Of a stretch of 64,000 nt of DNA, positions 44,659 through 54,333 are shown in pieces. Where the stretch lies: contig JAAYUE010000013.1 of assembly GCA_012517905.1 (NCBI GenBank), positions 11,106 through 75,105 of the forward strand, in the 5' to 3' direction. The translations under genes were made by a program, and so were the position numbers. How positions within the stretch are numbered: the stretch's first letter is position 1; each line of letters starts with the position of its first letter. Source of the DNA: Clostridiales bacterium (GTDB lineage: Bacteria; Bacillota; Clostridia; Christensenellales; CAG-138). Under the pieces are notes generated by a model. That model did no database searches. It was given only the letters and a program-made list of their open reading frames with translations, and was not told the DNA's origin.

Positions 44659-45321
44659 ATGTTTCAGGGATTGAACGAGGACACCTATCAGTTCTTCTGG
44701 GAGATTGCGTTCAACAACGAACAGTCCTTTTACGAGGCCAACAAGGATCGCTACAAAAAAAACGTCTACGAGCCGCTCAAGCAGCTCACCATGGAGATCA
44801 CGCCCGCCGCGCAGGAGATCGACCCCGAGTTCAACATCCGTCCGTCCTCGGTCATTTCCCGGCTTCGGCGAGACACGCGCTATTCGCATGACAAGACCAT
44901 GTATCGCGACCATGCCTGGCTCGGGTTTCGCAGACCCGGCGGCATGCTCAGCGAGAGCTTTGTGGTCTACGCCGAGTTCGAGCGCGAGGGCTATGGCTAC
45001 GGCATGGGCATGTACGGCTCAAATCCCGCGCTGATGCGCGAAATCCGCCCGCGAATCCTTGCCAGACCGCAGAAATTTCTTACGCTGGTCAACGATCCCG
45101 CGTTTGCAAAACGGTTCACCGCGATGGGGGACGAGTTCAAGCGGCCGCGGTTTACGGACGCGCCAGAGGGCGTGCTGCCGTATCTCAACCGCAAGGGGCT
45201 CTCGTTCTGCTTTTCTTCGCCCAACCTGAAAAACACGCTCTCGCCGCAGATCAGGGACGAGATCATTGAAGGCTTCAACCTGCTCAAGCCCGTCTACCGG
45301 TTCATGATGGGTCTGGACTGA
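44659..45321 (+). CDS. DUF2461 (TIGR02453) family protein
   Basis: The pattern MFQGLNEDTYQFFWEIAFNNEQSFYEANKDRYKK...RLRRDTRYSHDKTMYRDH is typical of the family. TTG 44653 is an alternative start and overlaps the upstream stop. Confidence 0.8.
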   Translation: MFQGLNEDTYQFFWEIAFNNEQSFYEANKDRYKKNVYEPLKQLTMEITPAAQEIDPEFNIRPSSVISRLRRDTRYSHDKTMYRDHAWLGFRRPGGMLSESFVVYAEFEREGYGYGMGMYGSNPALMREIRPRILARPQKFLTLVNDPAFAKRFTAMGDEFKRPRFTDAPEGVLPYLNRKGLSFCFSSPNLKNTLSPQIRDEIIEGFNLLKPVYRFMMGLD

Positions 45322-45330
45322 GCCGAACGC

Positions 45331-45374
45331 CAAAACAAAAGCGCTGTCCGAATTGTTTCGGACAGCGTTTTTTC
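45331..45374. terminator. bidirectional terminator between convergent genes
   Basis: An A-run, then CGCTGTCCGAA-TTGT-TTCGGACAGCG, then a T-run. Confidence 0.85.
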
Positions 45375-45384
45375 TTGCGATTTG

Positions 45385-47274
45385 TCAGCGGACGGCGTAG
45401 ATGATCACCGTGTCGTTCTGGTAAAACACCTCGAAATGCTGCGCAAAATAGTCGTAATCGATGTCGTAGTTTGCGCGCTCGGCGGCGCCGATGAACACAT
45501 AATCGATGGCATACTCTTTGCCGAGGCTACCAAAGTACCGCTCCGGCTGCTCATACAGCAGCGGCAGCGCGTTTTCGCGGTCGGAATAGTCAACGCCGTG
45601 GAAATACAGGTACGACCCCGAGCCGCAGACGATATTCCGGCCCGTGAGCGCGGAGATGCAGTTGTTGTGGTTGTTGTAGGTCAAAAATGTCGCGTCCGGC
45701 GCGGCGTTTTCCTTCACATAGTCCGCCGCCTGCACCTGATCGCGGTCGATCAGCTGATATTCCGAAACGTATTCGCGCCCGAGCGTGAGCGTGCCGGAGA
45801 GAAACAGCGTGGCGCAGACGATGGCGGAAAGCAGCGCGACGCTCGCGCGGTTTCTAGCCGGTCCGCGGGAGAGCCGGTCCTTCGCGTCGAAAAGCCAGCC
45901 CGCGACCAGACCGCAGGCGTAAGCAAAGCAGATAAAGAGCAGCTTGTTGTTGTCGTACTCGTTCGGCTGGAACTGGATGAACTCCGCGATCAGCCAGACG
46001 GCGGCGGCTCCGCCCACGACGCCGCGGTCCTCTTTTTTCGCGGCGATGAACGCAACGGGCGTCAGCAGCGCGATCAGCCCGAAATTCTTGATGTAAAACC
46101 AGAAATAGTTGTCCGATTCGTTCGCCCAGTTGAAATGGAGCTTCAGAAAACTGCCGGACTGGCGGAACGTAAAGAGGATGAGCTGCGGCAGCGCGAGCAG
46201 CAGCACGACGCCGAGATACTTCGCATAGCCGAGCAGCTGCGCTTTTCCTTCGCTTCGCACGAGCGAGCGGACGAAGTAAACCCCGCTGACGATGCCTAGC
46301 GCAAGGAACGAATGCGTATGCACCAGCGGCAGCGCGCCCGCAAGAAACGCCAGCGGCAGAAACGCGGCGGCATCCCGCTTGATCGCCCCGCGGTGCAGCA
46401 GAAAAAGACAGGGGAAGAGAAGCGACCACCCAAAGAGCAGCGCGCGCTGCGGGATCATCATGTCCGCAATCGGATTGACCCATCTCAGCCCGTTTGAAAC
46501 GAAGTTGGTCGGCGTCTCATAAAATGCGGTAAACAGACGCGAGAGGTTCTCGGGGTTGTCCTTGAGCAGATCGAAAAAATACCAGAACCCGAATCCGCCG
46601 CCGAGAAAAAAGAGCAGCATGGCGAACACGGACTTTCTCTTTTCGCCCAGCCATTCGTCGAAGAAGCAGTATACGCCGAGGATGACCAGCAGAAACGCGT
46701 ATGCCGCCGTGAGCATGGTTGCAAAGCGCAGGCTCGTGCCGAAGAGATAAAACGTCGCCCCGACGCTCTCGCTCAGAAACGGATAACAGACAGGCTTATC
46801 CGGACAGATGGAGTACATCGGCGGAAACGTCCCCTGCGTCGCGATGCTGGAGATGAACCCGAGATGCATCGCCAGATCGCCGTAGGTGGACTGGCCGACG
46901 TAGAGCGCGCCGTCCCGCTCCACGATGGTGTGGCTCGAGAGCAGCACAAAACTGAAGACAAGCAGCACGCCGCCCGCGATGAGAAAGGGCATTTCCGATT
47001 TCCAGGGCGAGGCGGTCGGCGATTTCTTGCGGCCGAACCAGAAGCCCGCCGCGCCGAAGAGGCACGCCGCGGCAAGGCCGAGCAGTTGCGCCGGAAGCGT
47101 AAACCCCAGCGCAAACGAAAACAGCGCCGGAAACCAGAGCAGCATCGCCATGCCGAAAGCGAGGCCGAGCCAGAGGCGAACGAGCGGTTTTTCCTTATAG
47201 AGTAGCAGACGGCTGAGCCCGATGCCGGAAGCGGCGAAGAGGGCGAGGCAGAGGATTGACAACAGTTCCGCCAT
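45385..47274 (-). CDS. polytopic membrane protein, possibly a GT-C-type glycosyltransferase-like enzyme
   Basis: 629 aa with at least 10 hydrophobic segments over ~430 aa, then a ~190-aa soluble C-terminal domain. The overall shape resembles ArnT/PMT/YfhO-like enzymes, but I cannot assert a diagnostic motif. The + strand ORF 45382..46299 is its shadow. Confidence 0.6.
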   Translation of the reverse strand: MAELLSILCLALFAASGIGLSRLLLYKEKPLVRLWLGLAFGMAMLLWFPALFSFALGFTLPAQLLGLAAACLFGAAGFWFGRKKSPTASPWKSEMPFLIAGGVLLVFSFVLLSSHTIVERDGALYVGQSTYGDLAMHLGFISSIATQGTFPPMYSICPDKPVCYPFLSESVGATFYLFGTSLRFATMLTAAYAFLLVILGVYCFFDEWLGEKRKSVFAMLLFFLGGGFGFWYFFDLLKDNPENLSRLFTAFYETPTNFVSNGLRWVNPIADMMIPQRALLFGWSLLFPCLFLLHRGAIKRDAAAFLPLAFLAGALPLVHTHSFLALGIVSGVYFVRSLVRSEGKAQLLGYAKYLGVVLLLALPQLILFTFRQSGSFLKLHFNWANESDNYFWFYIKNFGLIALLTPVAFIAAKKEDRGVVGGAAAVWLIAEFIQFQPNEYDNNKLLFICFAYACGLVAGWLFDAKDRLSRGPARNRASVALLSAIVCATLFLSGTLTLGREYVSEYQLIDRDQVQAADYVKENAAPDATFLTYNNHNNCISALTGRNIVCGSGSYLYFHGVDYSDRENALPLLYEQPERYFGSLGKEYAIDYVFIGAAERANYDIDYDYFAQHFEVFYQNDTVIIYAVR

Positions 47275-47346
47275 AACGGGTAGGTTTCTCCTTATACAGC
47301 AGCCAGATGCCGGTTGCTTAATGTCCTATATTTGAAGAACGAGAGT

Positions 47347-47877
47347 TTATTTTTTGCCGAACAGTCTCGCGAGCGGTTCCACCGTCGCGTTGAGGTTTTC
47401 AATCGCCGTGTTCAGCGTCTCGATGTCGAGCTGGGAAAACGACTCCACGCCGGTCTTGAGCTCGGCGATGGTGGCGTTGAGAGACTCCATATCCAGTGCG
47501 TCGAGCACCGTGACCGCCTCGCCGACGGACTTGAAGGTGTCGTTTGCCTGCACGGCGAGCTCGTCGATGTTGGTCGTAATGGCCTTGATGTCGATCTGCT
47601 GGACCGTGGTCAGCGTTTGATTCGCCTGCGAAACCGTGTTCATCAGCATCGGCACAAGGATCGCAGCGCTTGCGACGACGACGAGCGCGACGACCGAAAT
47701 CAGCGCGACGCATACGCGCATGAGCCGAATCTTCTTGCGTTCCAGTTTTTTCTGCTCTTCGGAGTTGAGAAACAACTCCCGCACATAGTCGATCACTTCA
47801 AACGACTCGGGCTGCGCCGTCTCCGGGGCGGTGGCCTGCGTTTGCTCCGGCACGAGGTCTGTATGCGTCTCTTCCAT
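47347..47877 (-). CDS. single-pass membrane protein with a repeat-containing coiled-coil ectodomain
   Basis: The start is MEETHTD (ATG 47877, preceded by AAAGGAA). The TM helix is LMRVCVALISVVALVVVASAAILVPML. There are three (L/I)D(I/M)xx(L/I)(N/T)xxIxEL repeats. No terminator lies before the downstream membrane-protein gene, so the two are probably one operon. Confidence 0.7.
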   Translation of the reverse strand: MEETHTDLVPEQTQATAPETAQPESFEVIDYVRELFLNSEEQKKLERKKIRLMRVCVALISVVALVVVASAAILVPMLMNTVSQANQTLTTVQQIDIKAITTNIDELAVQANDTFKSVGEAVTVLDALDMESLNATIAELKTGVESFSQLDIETLNTAIENLNATVEPLARLFGKK

Positions 47878-47966
47878 GGGGCATCGTTCCTTTCGATCGT
47901 TTTGCACAGTATACCACACATCGATTATAATAAAAAGAAACGGCGCGTATGGCGGAGGAGAACTAC

Positions 47967-48482
47967 ATGAAACAAACAGATCAAAAAACGCAAAAACCGG
48001 AGCGGGTCCGCATGGAGACGCCGATCGGCGCGCTGGTGATTTCGGCGCGCGGCGGCGCGGTGACGGCAATCGGCCTCGCCGCGGAGGAAGACCGCCTGCT
48101 TCCGGCAAAAAGCGATGCGGAACCGGTTCTGAACCGCGCGGCGGCCGAGCTGGCCGAATACTTCAGCGGCGGACGAACGACGTTTTCGTTTGCCATGCGC
48201 CCGGAGGGCACGCCGTTTCAGAAGAGCGTCTGGGACGAACTGCTGAAGATTCCCTATGGCGAAACGAAGAGTTATGGGCAGATCGCCGCGGCGGCGGGCA
48301 ATTCGAACGCCTCGCGCGCCGTCGGCATGGCCTGCAACAAAAACCCGATCATGATCGCCGTGCCGTGCCATCGCGTAATCGGCGCGAGCGGTTCGCTGAC
48401 GGGGTACGCCCTCGGCACGGACCTGAAGCAAACGCTGCTCGACCACGAGCGCGGGACACGGCCGTCAGATGAGATTTCGTGA
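47967..48482 (+). CDS. ogt: methylated-DNA--protein-cysteine methyltransferase
   Basis: The PCHRVIGASGSLTGY active site. ATG 47967 lies 8 nt after GGAGG, and ATG 47949 is an in-frame alternative. Confidence 0.9.
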   Translation: MKQTDQKTQKPERVRMETPIGALVISARGGAVTAIGLAAEEDRLLPAKSDAEPVLNRAAAELAEYFSGGRTTFSFAMRPEGTPFQKSVWDELLKIPYGETKSYGQIAAAAGNSNASRAVGMACNKNPIMIAVPCHRVIGASGSLTGYALGTDLKQTLLDHERGTRPSDEIS

Positions 48483-48577
48483 CAATCGCCCTTGACAATA
48501 GCCTAGTGGAATGCTATTCTATGCACTGAAGACAAGTAATTTACTAGGGATTACGGAAACACCGCGAAAGGAACGAC

Positions 48578-49030
48578 ATGAAGCTATCCACGCGCAGCAG
48601 GTACGGATTGAAGGCGGTCATCGATCTTGCCATTTCTTATGGCACGGGTCCCGTCTCGCTTCCCGTGCTTGCGGGTTCGCAGGGGATCTCCGAGGGATAT
48701 CTCGAGCAGCTGCTGCGGGAGTTGAAAAAAGGCGGCGTGGTGGACACCGTGCGCGGCGCGCAGGGGGGCTATGAACTCACCGCCGATCCCGCGGAGTTGA
48801 CCGTTCAGCGCGTGCTGACGCTGCTGGAAGGTTCGACCGCGATCGTGGACTGCGTAGGCACGCTGCGCCACAACTGCGACAGCGCCTGCACCTGTTCGGC
48901 AAGGCCGCTGTTTCTCAAGCTGCAGACGCGCATCAACGACGTGCTGGAGCGCACGACCATCCGCGAACTGGCGGACGACTACCTGCAGCAGAAGGCGCGC
49001 GGGATGTCCGCAAAAAACGTTTGCTCATAG
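48578..49030 (+). CDS. Rrf2 family transcriptional regulator (IscR/CymR-like)
   Basis: MKLSTRSRYGLKAVIDLA N-terminus and a Cys cluster CVGTLRHNCDSACTC. It lies upstream of nifS-nifU. Confidence 0.9.
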   Translation: MKLSTRSRYGLKAVIDLAISYGTGPVSLPVLAGSQGISEGYLEQLLRELKKGGVVDTVRGAQGGYELTADPAELTVQRVLTLLEGSTAIVDCVGTLRHNCDSACTCSARPLFLKLQTRINDVLERTTIRELADDYLQQKARGMSAKNVCS

Positions 49031-49112
49031 CCGCGCATCCGTGTCGCGAGACGGACAGTTTCCGTGAAGAGTGATTTTCAAAACAAGAGATCATGAGAGA
49101 AGGACAAACAGT

Positions 49113-50279
49113 ATGATGAGAGTTTATCTCGACAACGCCGCGACGACCATGGTCCGCCAGGAAGTCGTGGACGCGATGATTCCGGCGTTTACCACCTATT
49201 ACGGCAACCCTTCGAGCCTGCATGAGTATGCGCGGGAAGCCGAGCAGCTGCTCTCCGCGGCGCGCGCAGACGTCGCCGCCGTCATCGGCGCGAAGCCCGA
49301 AGAGATCGTGTTCACCGGCGGCGGGTCGGAGAGCGACAACATGGCGCTGCGCGGCGTCGTGGCGGCCAACAAGAAAAAGGGCAAGCATGTGATCACCTCC
49401 GCCGTGGAACACCACGCGGTGCTCTACACACTTCAGGCGATGGAGCGCGAGGGTCTGATCGATCTGACGATCCTGCCCGTGGACGAATATGGCATCGTCA
49501 GCGTCGAGAGCGTTGCAAACGCGCTGCGCGACGACACCGTGCTCGTCTCCATCATGTTCGCCAACAACGAGGTCGGCTCCATCAACCCCATCGCTCAGAT
49601 TGGAAAGATTTGCCGCGAAAAGGGCGTGCTGTTTCACACGGACGCGGTGCAGGCGACCGGGCATGTCCCGATCGACGTCGGCGCCATGAACATCGACCTG
49701 CTCTCGATCTCGGCGCATAAGTTTCACGGGCCCAAGGGCGTCGGCGTGCTGTATATCCGTAAGGGCGTGCGCGTTCCGTCGCTCATCATCGGCGGCGGAC
49801 AGGAGCGCAAGCGCCGCGCGGGCACGGAGAACGTGCCTGGCATCGTCGGCCTTGCGACCGCGCTCAAGATTGCCAGCGAGCACATGGAGGAGAACGCAAA
49901 GCGCGTCGGCGCGCTGCGGGACAAGCTCATGAAGGGCATTGCCGAGCGCATTCCGGACGTAAAGCTCAACGGCCATCCGACCATGCGGCTGCCGAACAAC
50001 GTCAACTACAGCATCCGCTATATCGAGGGCGAGAGCATCCTTTTGATGCTGGACATCAACGGCATCGCCGCCTCCAGCGGCTCCGCCTGCACGAGCGGTT
50101 CGCTCGACCCTTCGCATGTGCTGCTCGCCATGGGCTTGCCGCACGAAATTGCGCACGGCTCTCTGCGGCTGACGCTTTCGGAGTTTACGACCGAAGAAGA
50201 GATCGATTATGTGCTCGACCTGCTGCCGCAGATCGTGCAGCGCCTGCGGGATATGTCCCCGCTGTATCCGAAGCATTGA
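49113..50279 (+). CDS. nifS: cysteine desulfurase NifS
   Basis: MMRVYLDNAATT N-terminus, the PLP lysine in SAHKFHGPKG, and the catalytic Cys in SSGSACTSG. Confidence 0.94.
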   Translation: MMRVYLDNAATTMVRQEVVDAMIPAFTTYYGNPSSLHEYAREAEQLLSAARADVAAVIGAKPEEIVFTGGGSESDNMALRGVVAANKKKGKHVITSAVEHHAVLYTLQAMEREGLIDLTILPVDEYGIVSVESVANALRDDTVLVSIMFANNEVGSINPIAQIGKICREKGVLFHTDAVQATGHVPIDVGAMNIDLLSISAHKFHGPKGVGVLYIRKGVRVPSLIIGGGQERKRRAGTENVPGIVGLATALKIASEHMEENAKRVGALRDKLMKGIAERIPDVKLNGHPTMRLPNNVNYSIRYIEGESILLMLDINGIAASSGSACTSGSLDPSHVLLAMGLPHEIAHGSLRLTLSEFTTEEEIDYVLDLLPQIVQRLRDMSPLYPKH

Positions 50280-50332
50280 CCGGCCGACGCAGCGGATTTT
50301 GACTGCGCCAGAAGAAAAAGGAGAGGGATAAC

Positions 50333-50713
50333 ATGTATACGGAAAAAGTCATGGATCACTTTAAGAATCCGAGAAACGTCGGCGAGATCGAAAACGCAAG
50401 CGGCACCGGCACCGTCGGCAACGCAAAGTGCGGCGACATCATGCAGATCTTCCTCGACATCGACGAAAACGAGATCATCCGGGACGTTAAGTTTAAGACG
50501 TTCGGCTGCGGCGCCGCGGTTGCAACCAGCTCCATGGCGACCGAGATGATCAAGGGTAAGAGCGTCAACGAAGCGCTGAGCATCACCAACGCCGCCGTCG
50601 TGGAGGCGCTGGAAGGTCTGCCGCCGCAGAAAATCCACTGCAGCGTGCTGGCCGAAGAGGCGGTCAAGGCGGCGATCGAAGACTACATCAAGAAACGCGA
50701 CGCGGCGAAATAA
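50333..50713 (+). CDS. nifU: Fe-S cluster assembly scaffold NifU/IscU
   Basis: 126 aa with the three scaffold cysteines (GNAKCGD, FGCGAA, HCSVLA). Confidence 0.94.
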   Translation: MYTEKVMDHFKNPRNVGEIENASGTGTVGNAKCGDIMQIFLDIDENEIIRDVKFKTFGCGAAVATSSMATEMIKGKSVNEALSITNAAVVEALEGLPPQKIHCSVLAEEAVKAAIEDYIKKRDAAK

Positions 50714-50740
50714 CGCCCATATTCGGCGATTACTGGCTTC

Positions 50741-50775
50741 AAAAAGGAGCGGATAAAGCTCCTTTTTGTGTTTTT
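50741..50775 (+). terminator. terminator after nifU
   Basis: AAAAAGGAGC-GGATAAA-GCTCCTTTTT followed by GTGTTTTT. Confidence 0.8.
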
Positions 50776-50906
50776 ACTGGAATTTTCGCTGTTCGCCGCG
50801 GATTCGATCAAGATTTGAATAATTGACACATTCGTAAGTCTTGACGATATTTATAGAATACGATAGACTAAATCTGATTTTAGGAAGGGTACAGGTACTT
50901 TAAAAT

Positions 50907-51233
50907 ATGAGCAGCAGTTTTACCGAAGGGCTTTCCAGCTTTTTCAGCAGCTACGGCCTCCTCATCGTCCTCATGGTCGCGATGTTCGCCATCATGATCA
51001 TCCCGCAGCGTCGCCGCGACAAAAAAGTGAAGAGCATGCTCGCCAACCTTAAGGCGGGCGATCGCATCCGCACCATCGGCGGCATCTACGGCACCATCTC
51101 CAGCATCAAGGAAGACACCGTCATCCTGACGGTCGGGCCCGACAAGGTGAAGCTCGTCTTTGCCCGCGGCGCGATTTCGCAGGTTGAGGACGCCGGCGTC
51201 GAAAACGAAATGACGCAGGAAGTCGTCAAATAA
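50907..51233 (+). CDS. yajC: preprotein translocase subunit YajC
   Basis: 108 aa with one TM helix and IPQRRRDKK...LKAGDRIRTIGGIYGTI. Confidence 0.9.
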   Translation: MSSSFTEGLSSFFSSYGLLIVLMVAMFAIMIIPQRRRDKKVKSMLANLKAGDRIRTIGGIYGTISSIKEDTVILTVGPDKVKLVFARGAISQVEDAGVENEMTQEVVK

Positions 51234-51249
51234 AAAACGGCAATTTCCG

Positions 51250-51279
51250 GAACGCCCGTATTGACGGGCGTTCTTTTTT
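51250..51279 (+). terminator. terminator after yajC
   Basis: GAACGCCCGT-ATTG-ACGGGCGTTC followed by TTTTTT. Confidence 0.85.
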
Positions 51280-51398
51280 ATTCCGCGGATGAACGGCACG
51301 CGAACATAATGTGAACGAACGGCAAACTCGGTCGGGAATGTCAAAATCGCTGTTTTCTTGAGCGCATTTTTGATATAATCGGCTTGAGGTGAACTCAA

Positions 51399-51653
51399 AT
51401 GACAGATGACAGAAGAGAAACGCAGCAATTCGAAATTCCGCGCGAAAAGCGCAGCCCGAGAGACACGCTGCTGAGCGTATACGACGCGATGCGGGAGAAG
51501 GGATACGATCCGGTCAATCAGATCGTGGGCTATCTGCTCTCCGGCGATCCGACGTATATCACGAGCCATAACAACGCGCGCTACCTGATTTCCCGCATCG
51601 AACGGGACGAGCTGCTCGAAGAGCTCGTTCGCGCATACATCGAAGGGAAATAA
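51399..51653 (+). CDS. IreB family regulatory phosphoprotein (UPF0297)
   Basis: 84 aa with [35 protein letters not shown]. Confidence 0.88.
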   Translation: MTDDRRETQQFEIPREKRSPRDTLLSVYDAMREKGYDPVNQIVGYLLSGDPTYITSHNNARYLISRIERDELLEELVRAYIEGK

Positions 51654-51658
51654 CGCGC

Positions 51659-52081
51659 ATGCTTCGAATTCTCGCGTTTGACATCGGCGAAAAGCGAATT
51701 GGCGTAGCCGTCAGCGATCCTCTGGGCATCACGGCGCAGGGGATCGAAACGTATCATCGCACGGACGATACGGACAAGGACGCAGACCATCTGATCTCGC
51801 TTGCCAACGGATACCGTCCTGTGAAGCTCGTCTTCGGCATGCCGCGCAATATGGACGGCAGCTACGGCATGCAGGCGGATATCACGCGCGCCTTCGCCGA
51901 GGCCGTTCTGGCGAAGTGGGACGGCGATCATGCCTATCAGGACGAGCGGCTGACCACCGCAAGCGCGCGGCGGGTTCTGCTCGAGGCGGACATGCGGCGC
52001 GACAAGCGCAAGCAGGTGATCGACAAGATCGCCGCCGTCATGATATTGCAGAGCTATCTGGACGCGCACGGCAACACCTGA
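51659..52081 (+). CDS. ruvX: putative pre-16S rRNA nuclease / Holliday junction resolvase-like YqgF
   Basis: 140 aa with the ILAFDIGEKRIGVAVSD N-terminus. Confidence 0.92.
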   Translation: MLRILAFDIGEKRIGVAVSDPLGITAQGIETYHRTDDTDKDADHLISLANGYRPVKLVFGMPRNMDGSYGMQADITRAFAEAVLAKWDGDHAYQDERLTTASARRVLLEADMRRDKRKQVIDKIAAVMILQSYLDAHGNT

Positions 52082-52118
52082 AGATACGATTCCCCCGAAG
52101 CAGAAAGAAGAGGGCATT

Positions 52119-52409
52119 ATGGAAGAAGAGAACACCATTGTCGAGCTCGTCGACGAAAGCGGCAACGTCGTAAAATTCGACCTGGTCATGACGTTTGACT
52201 ACGAGGGCAAGCGCTATGCGGCGCTGCTGCCCGTGGACGAAGTGGAAAACGTCGGCGAAGACGAGGTCGTCCTGCTGGAAGTCGTCAAGGACAAGTCCGG
52301 CGAAAACTTCGTCACCATCGATAACCCCGTCCTGCTGGACGAGGTGTTCGACGAGTTTATCGAGCTCTTCGACGAGATGGCGGACGACGACGAAGGCGAG
52401 GAAGAATAG
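52119..52409 (+). CDS. DUF1292 family protein
   Basis: 96 aa matching the DESGNVVKFDLVMTFDYEGKRYAALLP pattern, with an acidic tail. It sits in the conserved ireB-ruvX-DUF1292 trio. Confidence 0.85.
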   Translation: MEEENTIVELVDESGNVVKFDLVMTFDYEGKRYAALLPVDEVENVGEDEVVLLEVVKDKSGENFVTIDNPVLLDEVFDEFIELFDEMADDDEGEEE

Positions 52410-52473
52410 CCACGCTCGTGCGATGAAAAAGCCGTAGTTTCGCAAAAAACCGCTAAAATTCACATGATTTTGC

Positions 52474-52614
52474 TTGCATAGGCAAAAACGCCTATGCTAT
52501 AATACGCGAGGTATCACGCACCGGTGCGGATCTTCCGGCTCGTGCCCGCGAATGACGCGGGTTACCGGGGGAGCAGAAACATCGGGAAGAAAAGAACGAG
52601 GAGGTTGCTTTATC
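52474..52614 (+). promoter_or_regulatory. rpsB promoter (TTGCAT, 18-nt spacer, TGcTATAAT) plus a ~105-nt GC-rich structured leader
   Basis: The -35 is at 52474-52479 and the extended -10 at 52495-52503. The leader contains GCACCGGTGC and CCCGCG-AATGA-CGCGGG hairpins ahead of GAGGAGG. Confidence 0.5.
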
Positions 52615-53349
52615 ATGTCCGTGATTTCCATGAAACAACTGTTGGAGGCCGGCGTACATTTCGGCCATCAGACCCGCCGCTGGAACCCGAAGATGAAAGA
52701 ATACATCTTTACGGAGCGCAACGGCATCTACATCATCGACCTGCAGAAAACCGTAAAGAAGATCGAAGAGGCTTATAATTTCGCGCGCAGCATCGCCGAA
52801 AGCAATCAGTCTATTCTGTTTGTCGGCACAAAAAAGCAGGCGCAGGAGTCCATCGAGACCGAAGCGAAGCGCTGCGATATGTTCTTTGTCAACCAGCGCT
52901 GGCTCGGCGGCATGCTCACCAACTTCAAGACCATCCAGGGCCGCATCGCGCGTCTGCGCCAGATCGAGCAGATGGAAGCAAACGGCGACTTTGACCTGCT
53001 GCCGAAGAAGGAAGTCATCCAGCTTCGCGCCGAGCAGGAAAAGCTCGAAAAGAACCTCGGCGGTATCAAAGAGATGAAGAAGCTGCCCAGCGCGCTCTTC
53101 GTCGTCGATCCGCGCAAGGAGCACATCGCCGTCGCCGAAGCGCGCACGCTGAAGATTCCGATCATCGCCATCATCGATACGAACTGCGATCCCGACGAAG
53201 TCGATTACCCGATCCCGGGCAACGACGACGCCATCCGCGCGGTTAAGCTCATCACGGCCAAGATGGCGGACGCCGTCATCGAAGGCCACCAGGGCGAACA
53301 GATGAACGACGTCGAAGAACCGGCGGTCGAAGAAACAGAAGCCGAATAA
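52615..53349 (+). CDS. rpsB: 30S ribosomal protein S2
   Basis: [28 protein letters not shown]-terminus. Track ORF 52474.. is an over-extension. Confidence 0.97.
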   Translation: MSVISMKQLLEAGVHFGHQTRRWNPKMKEYIFTERNGIYIIDLQKTVKKIEEAYNFARSIAESNQSILFVGTKKQAQESIETEAKRCDMFFVNQRWLGGMLTNFKTIQGRIARLRQIEQMEANGDFDLLPKKEVIQLRAEQEKLEKNLGGIKEMKKLPSALFVVDPRKEHIAVAEARTLKIPIIAIIDTNCDPDEVDYPIPGNDDAIRAVKLITAKMADAVIEGHQGEQMNDVEEPAVEETEAE

Positions 53350-53373
53350 CGCCGAAGCGAAGGAGGAACCACT

Positions 53374-54297
53374 ATGTTTACGGCAAAGGATGTCATGGCA
53401 CTGCGCGAACTGACGCAGGCCGGTATGATGGACTGCAAAAAGGCGCTGACCGAATGCGACGGCGACTTTGAAAAGGCAAAGGATTACCTGCGCGAGAAGG
53501 GTCTCGCGGCGAATGCGAAGAAAGCCGGCCGCATTGCGGCGGAAGGCGTTGTCGGCGGTTATCTCTGCACCGAGTGCGGCGTAGGCGTCATCATCGAAGT
53601 CAACTGCGAAACCGACTTCGTCGCCAATACGGACGACTTCAAGGGCCTCGTTTCGAACCTGGCCGAGCAGGTCGGCCAAAAGGACCCCGCGGATGTGGAC
53701 GAACTGCTCAAGCAGCAGTCGATTTCCGAGCCCGCAACGTCCGTTTCCGACATGTTCAATACCATCGCTGCGAAAATCGGCGAAAAAGTCAGCATCCGCC
53801 GCTTCGCCCGCTATGAAGGCGTTGTGGATACCTACATCCACCTCGGCGGCAGAATCGGCGTTCTCGTAGACCTCGACGCGCCCGCGAGCCTGAAGGACAG
53901 CGCTGAGCTTCGCTTGGTTGCGCACGATATCGCGATGCACATCGCGGCGGCGCGCCCGACCTACCTCACCCGCGAAGAAGTCCCGGCGGAGGAAGTCGAG
54001 CACGAGAAGGAAATCAACCGCAACATGGCGCTCAACGAAGAAAAGCCCAAACCCGCCGCCGTCATCGAAAAGATGCTCTCCGGCCGGATTGAGAAATTCT
54101 ACAAGGAGATCTGCCTGCTCGAGCAGTTGTTTGTCAAGGATACGTCCATGACCATCACGCAGTTACTGGAGAAAGCGTCCAAGGATCTCGGCGCAAAGAT
54201 CGGCATCAAGCGCTTCACCCGCTATGAAATGGGCGAAGGCCTGCAAAAGCGCGAATGCAACTTTGCAGAAGAAGTCATGAGCCAGACCAAAGCGTAA
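53374..54297 (+). CDS. tsf: translation elongation factor Ts
   Basis: 307 aa with [19 protein letters not shown] (UBA-like N-terminus). Confidence 0.97.
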   Translation: MFTAKDVMALRELTQAGMMDCKKALTECDGDFEKAKDYLREKGLAANAKKAGRIAAEGVVGGYLCTECGVGVIIEVNCETDFVANTDDFKGLVSNLAEQVGQKDPADVDELLKQQSISEPATSVSDMFNTIAAKIGEKVSIRRFARYEGVVDTYIHLGGRIGVLVDLDAPASLKDSAELRLVAHDIAMHIAAARPTYLTREEVPAEEVEHEKEINRNMALNEEKPKPAAVIEKMLSGRIEKFYKEICLLEQLFVKDTSMTITQLLEKASKDLGAKIGIKRFTRYEMGEGLQKRECNFAEEVMSQTKA

Positions 54298-54303
54298 AGC
54301 CAG

Positions 54304-54333
54304 AAAGGAACACGGCAGCGTGTTCCTTTTTTT
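54304..54333 (+). terminator. terminator after tsf
   Basis: AAAGGAACAC-GGCAGC-GTGTTCCTTT followed by TTTT. Confidence 0.8.
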
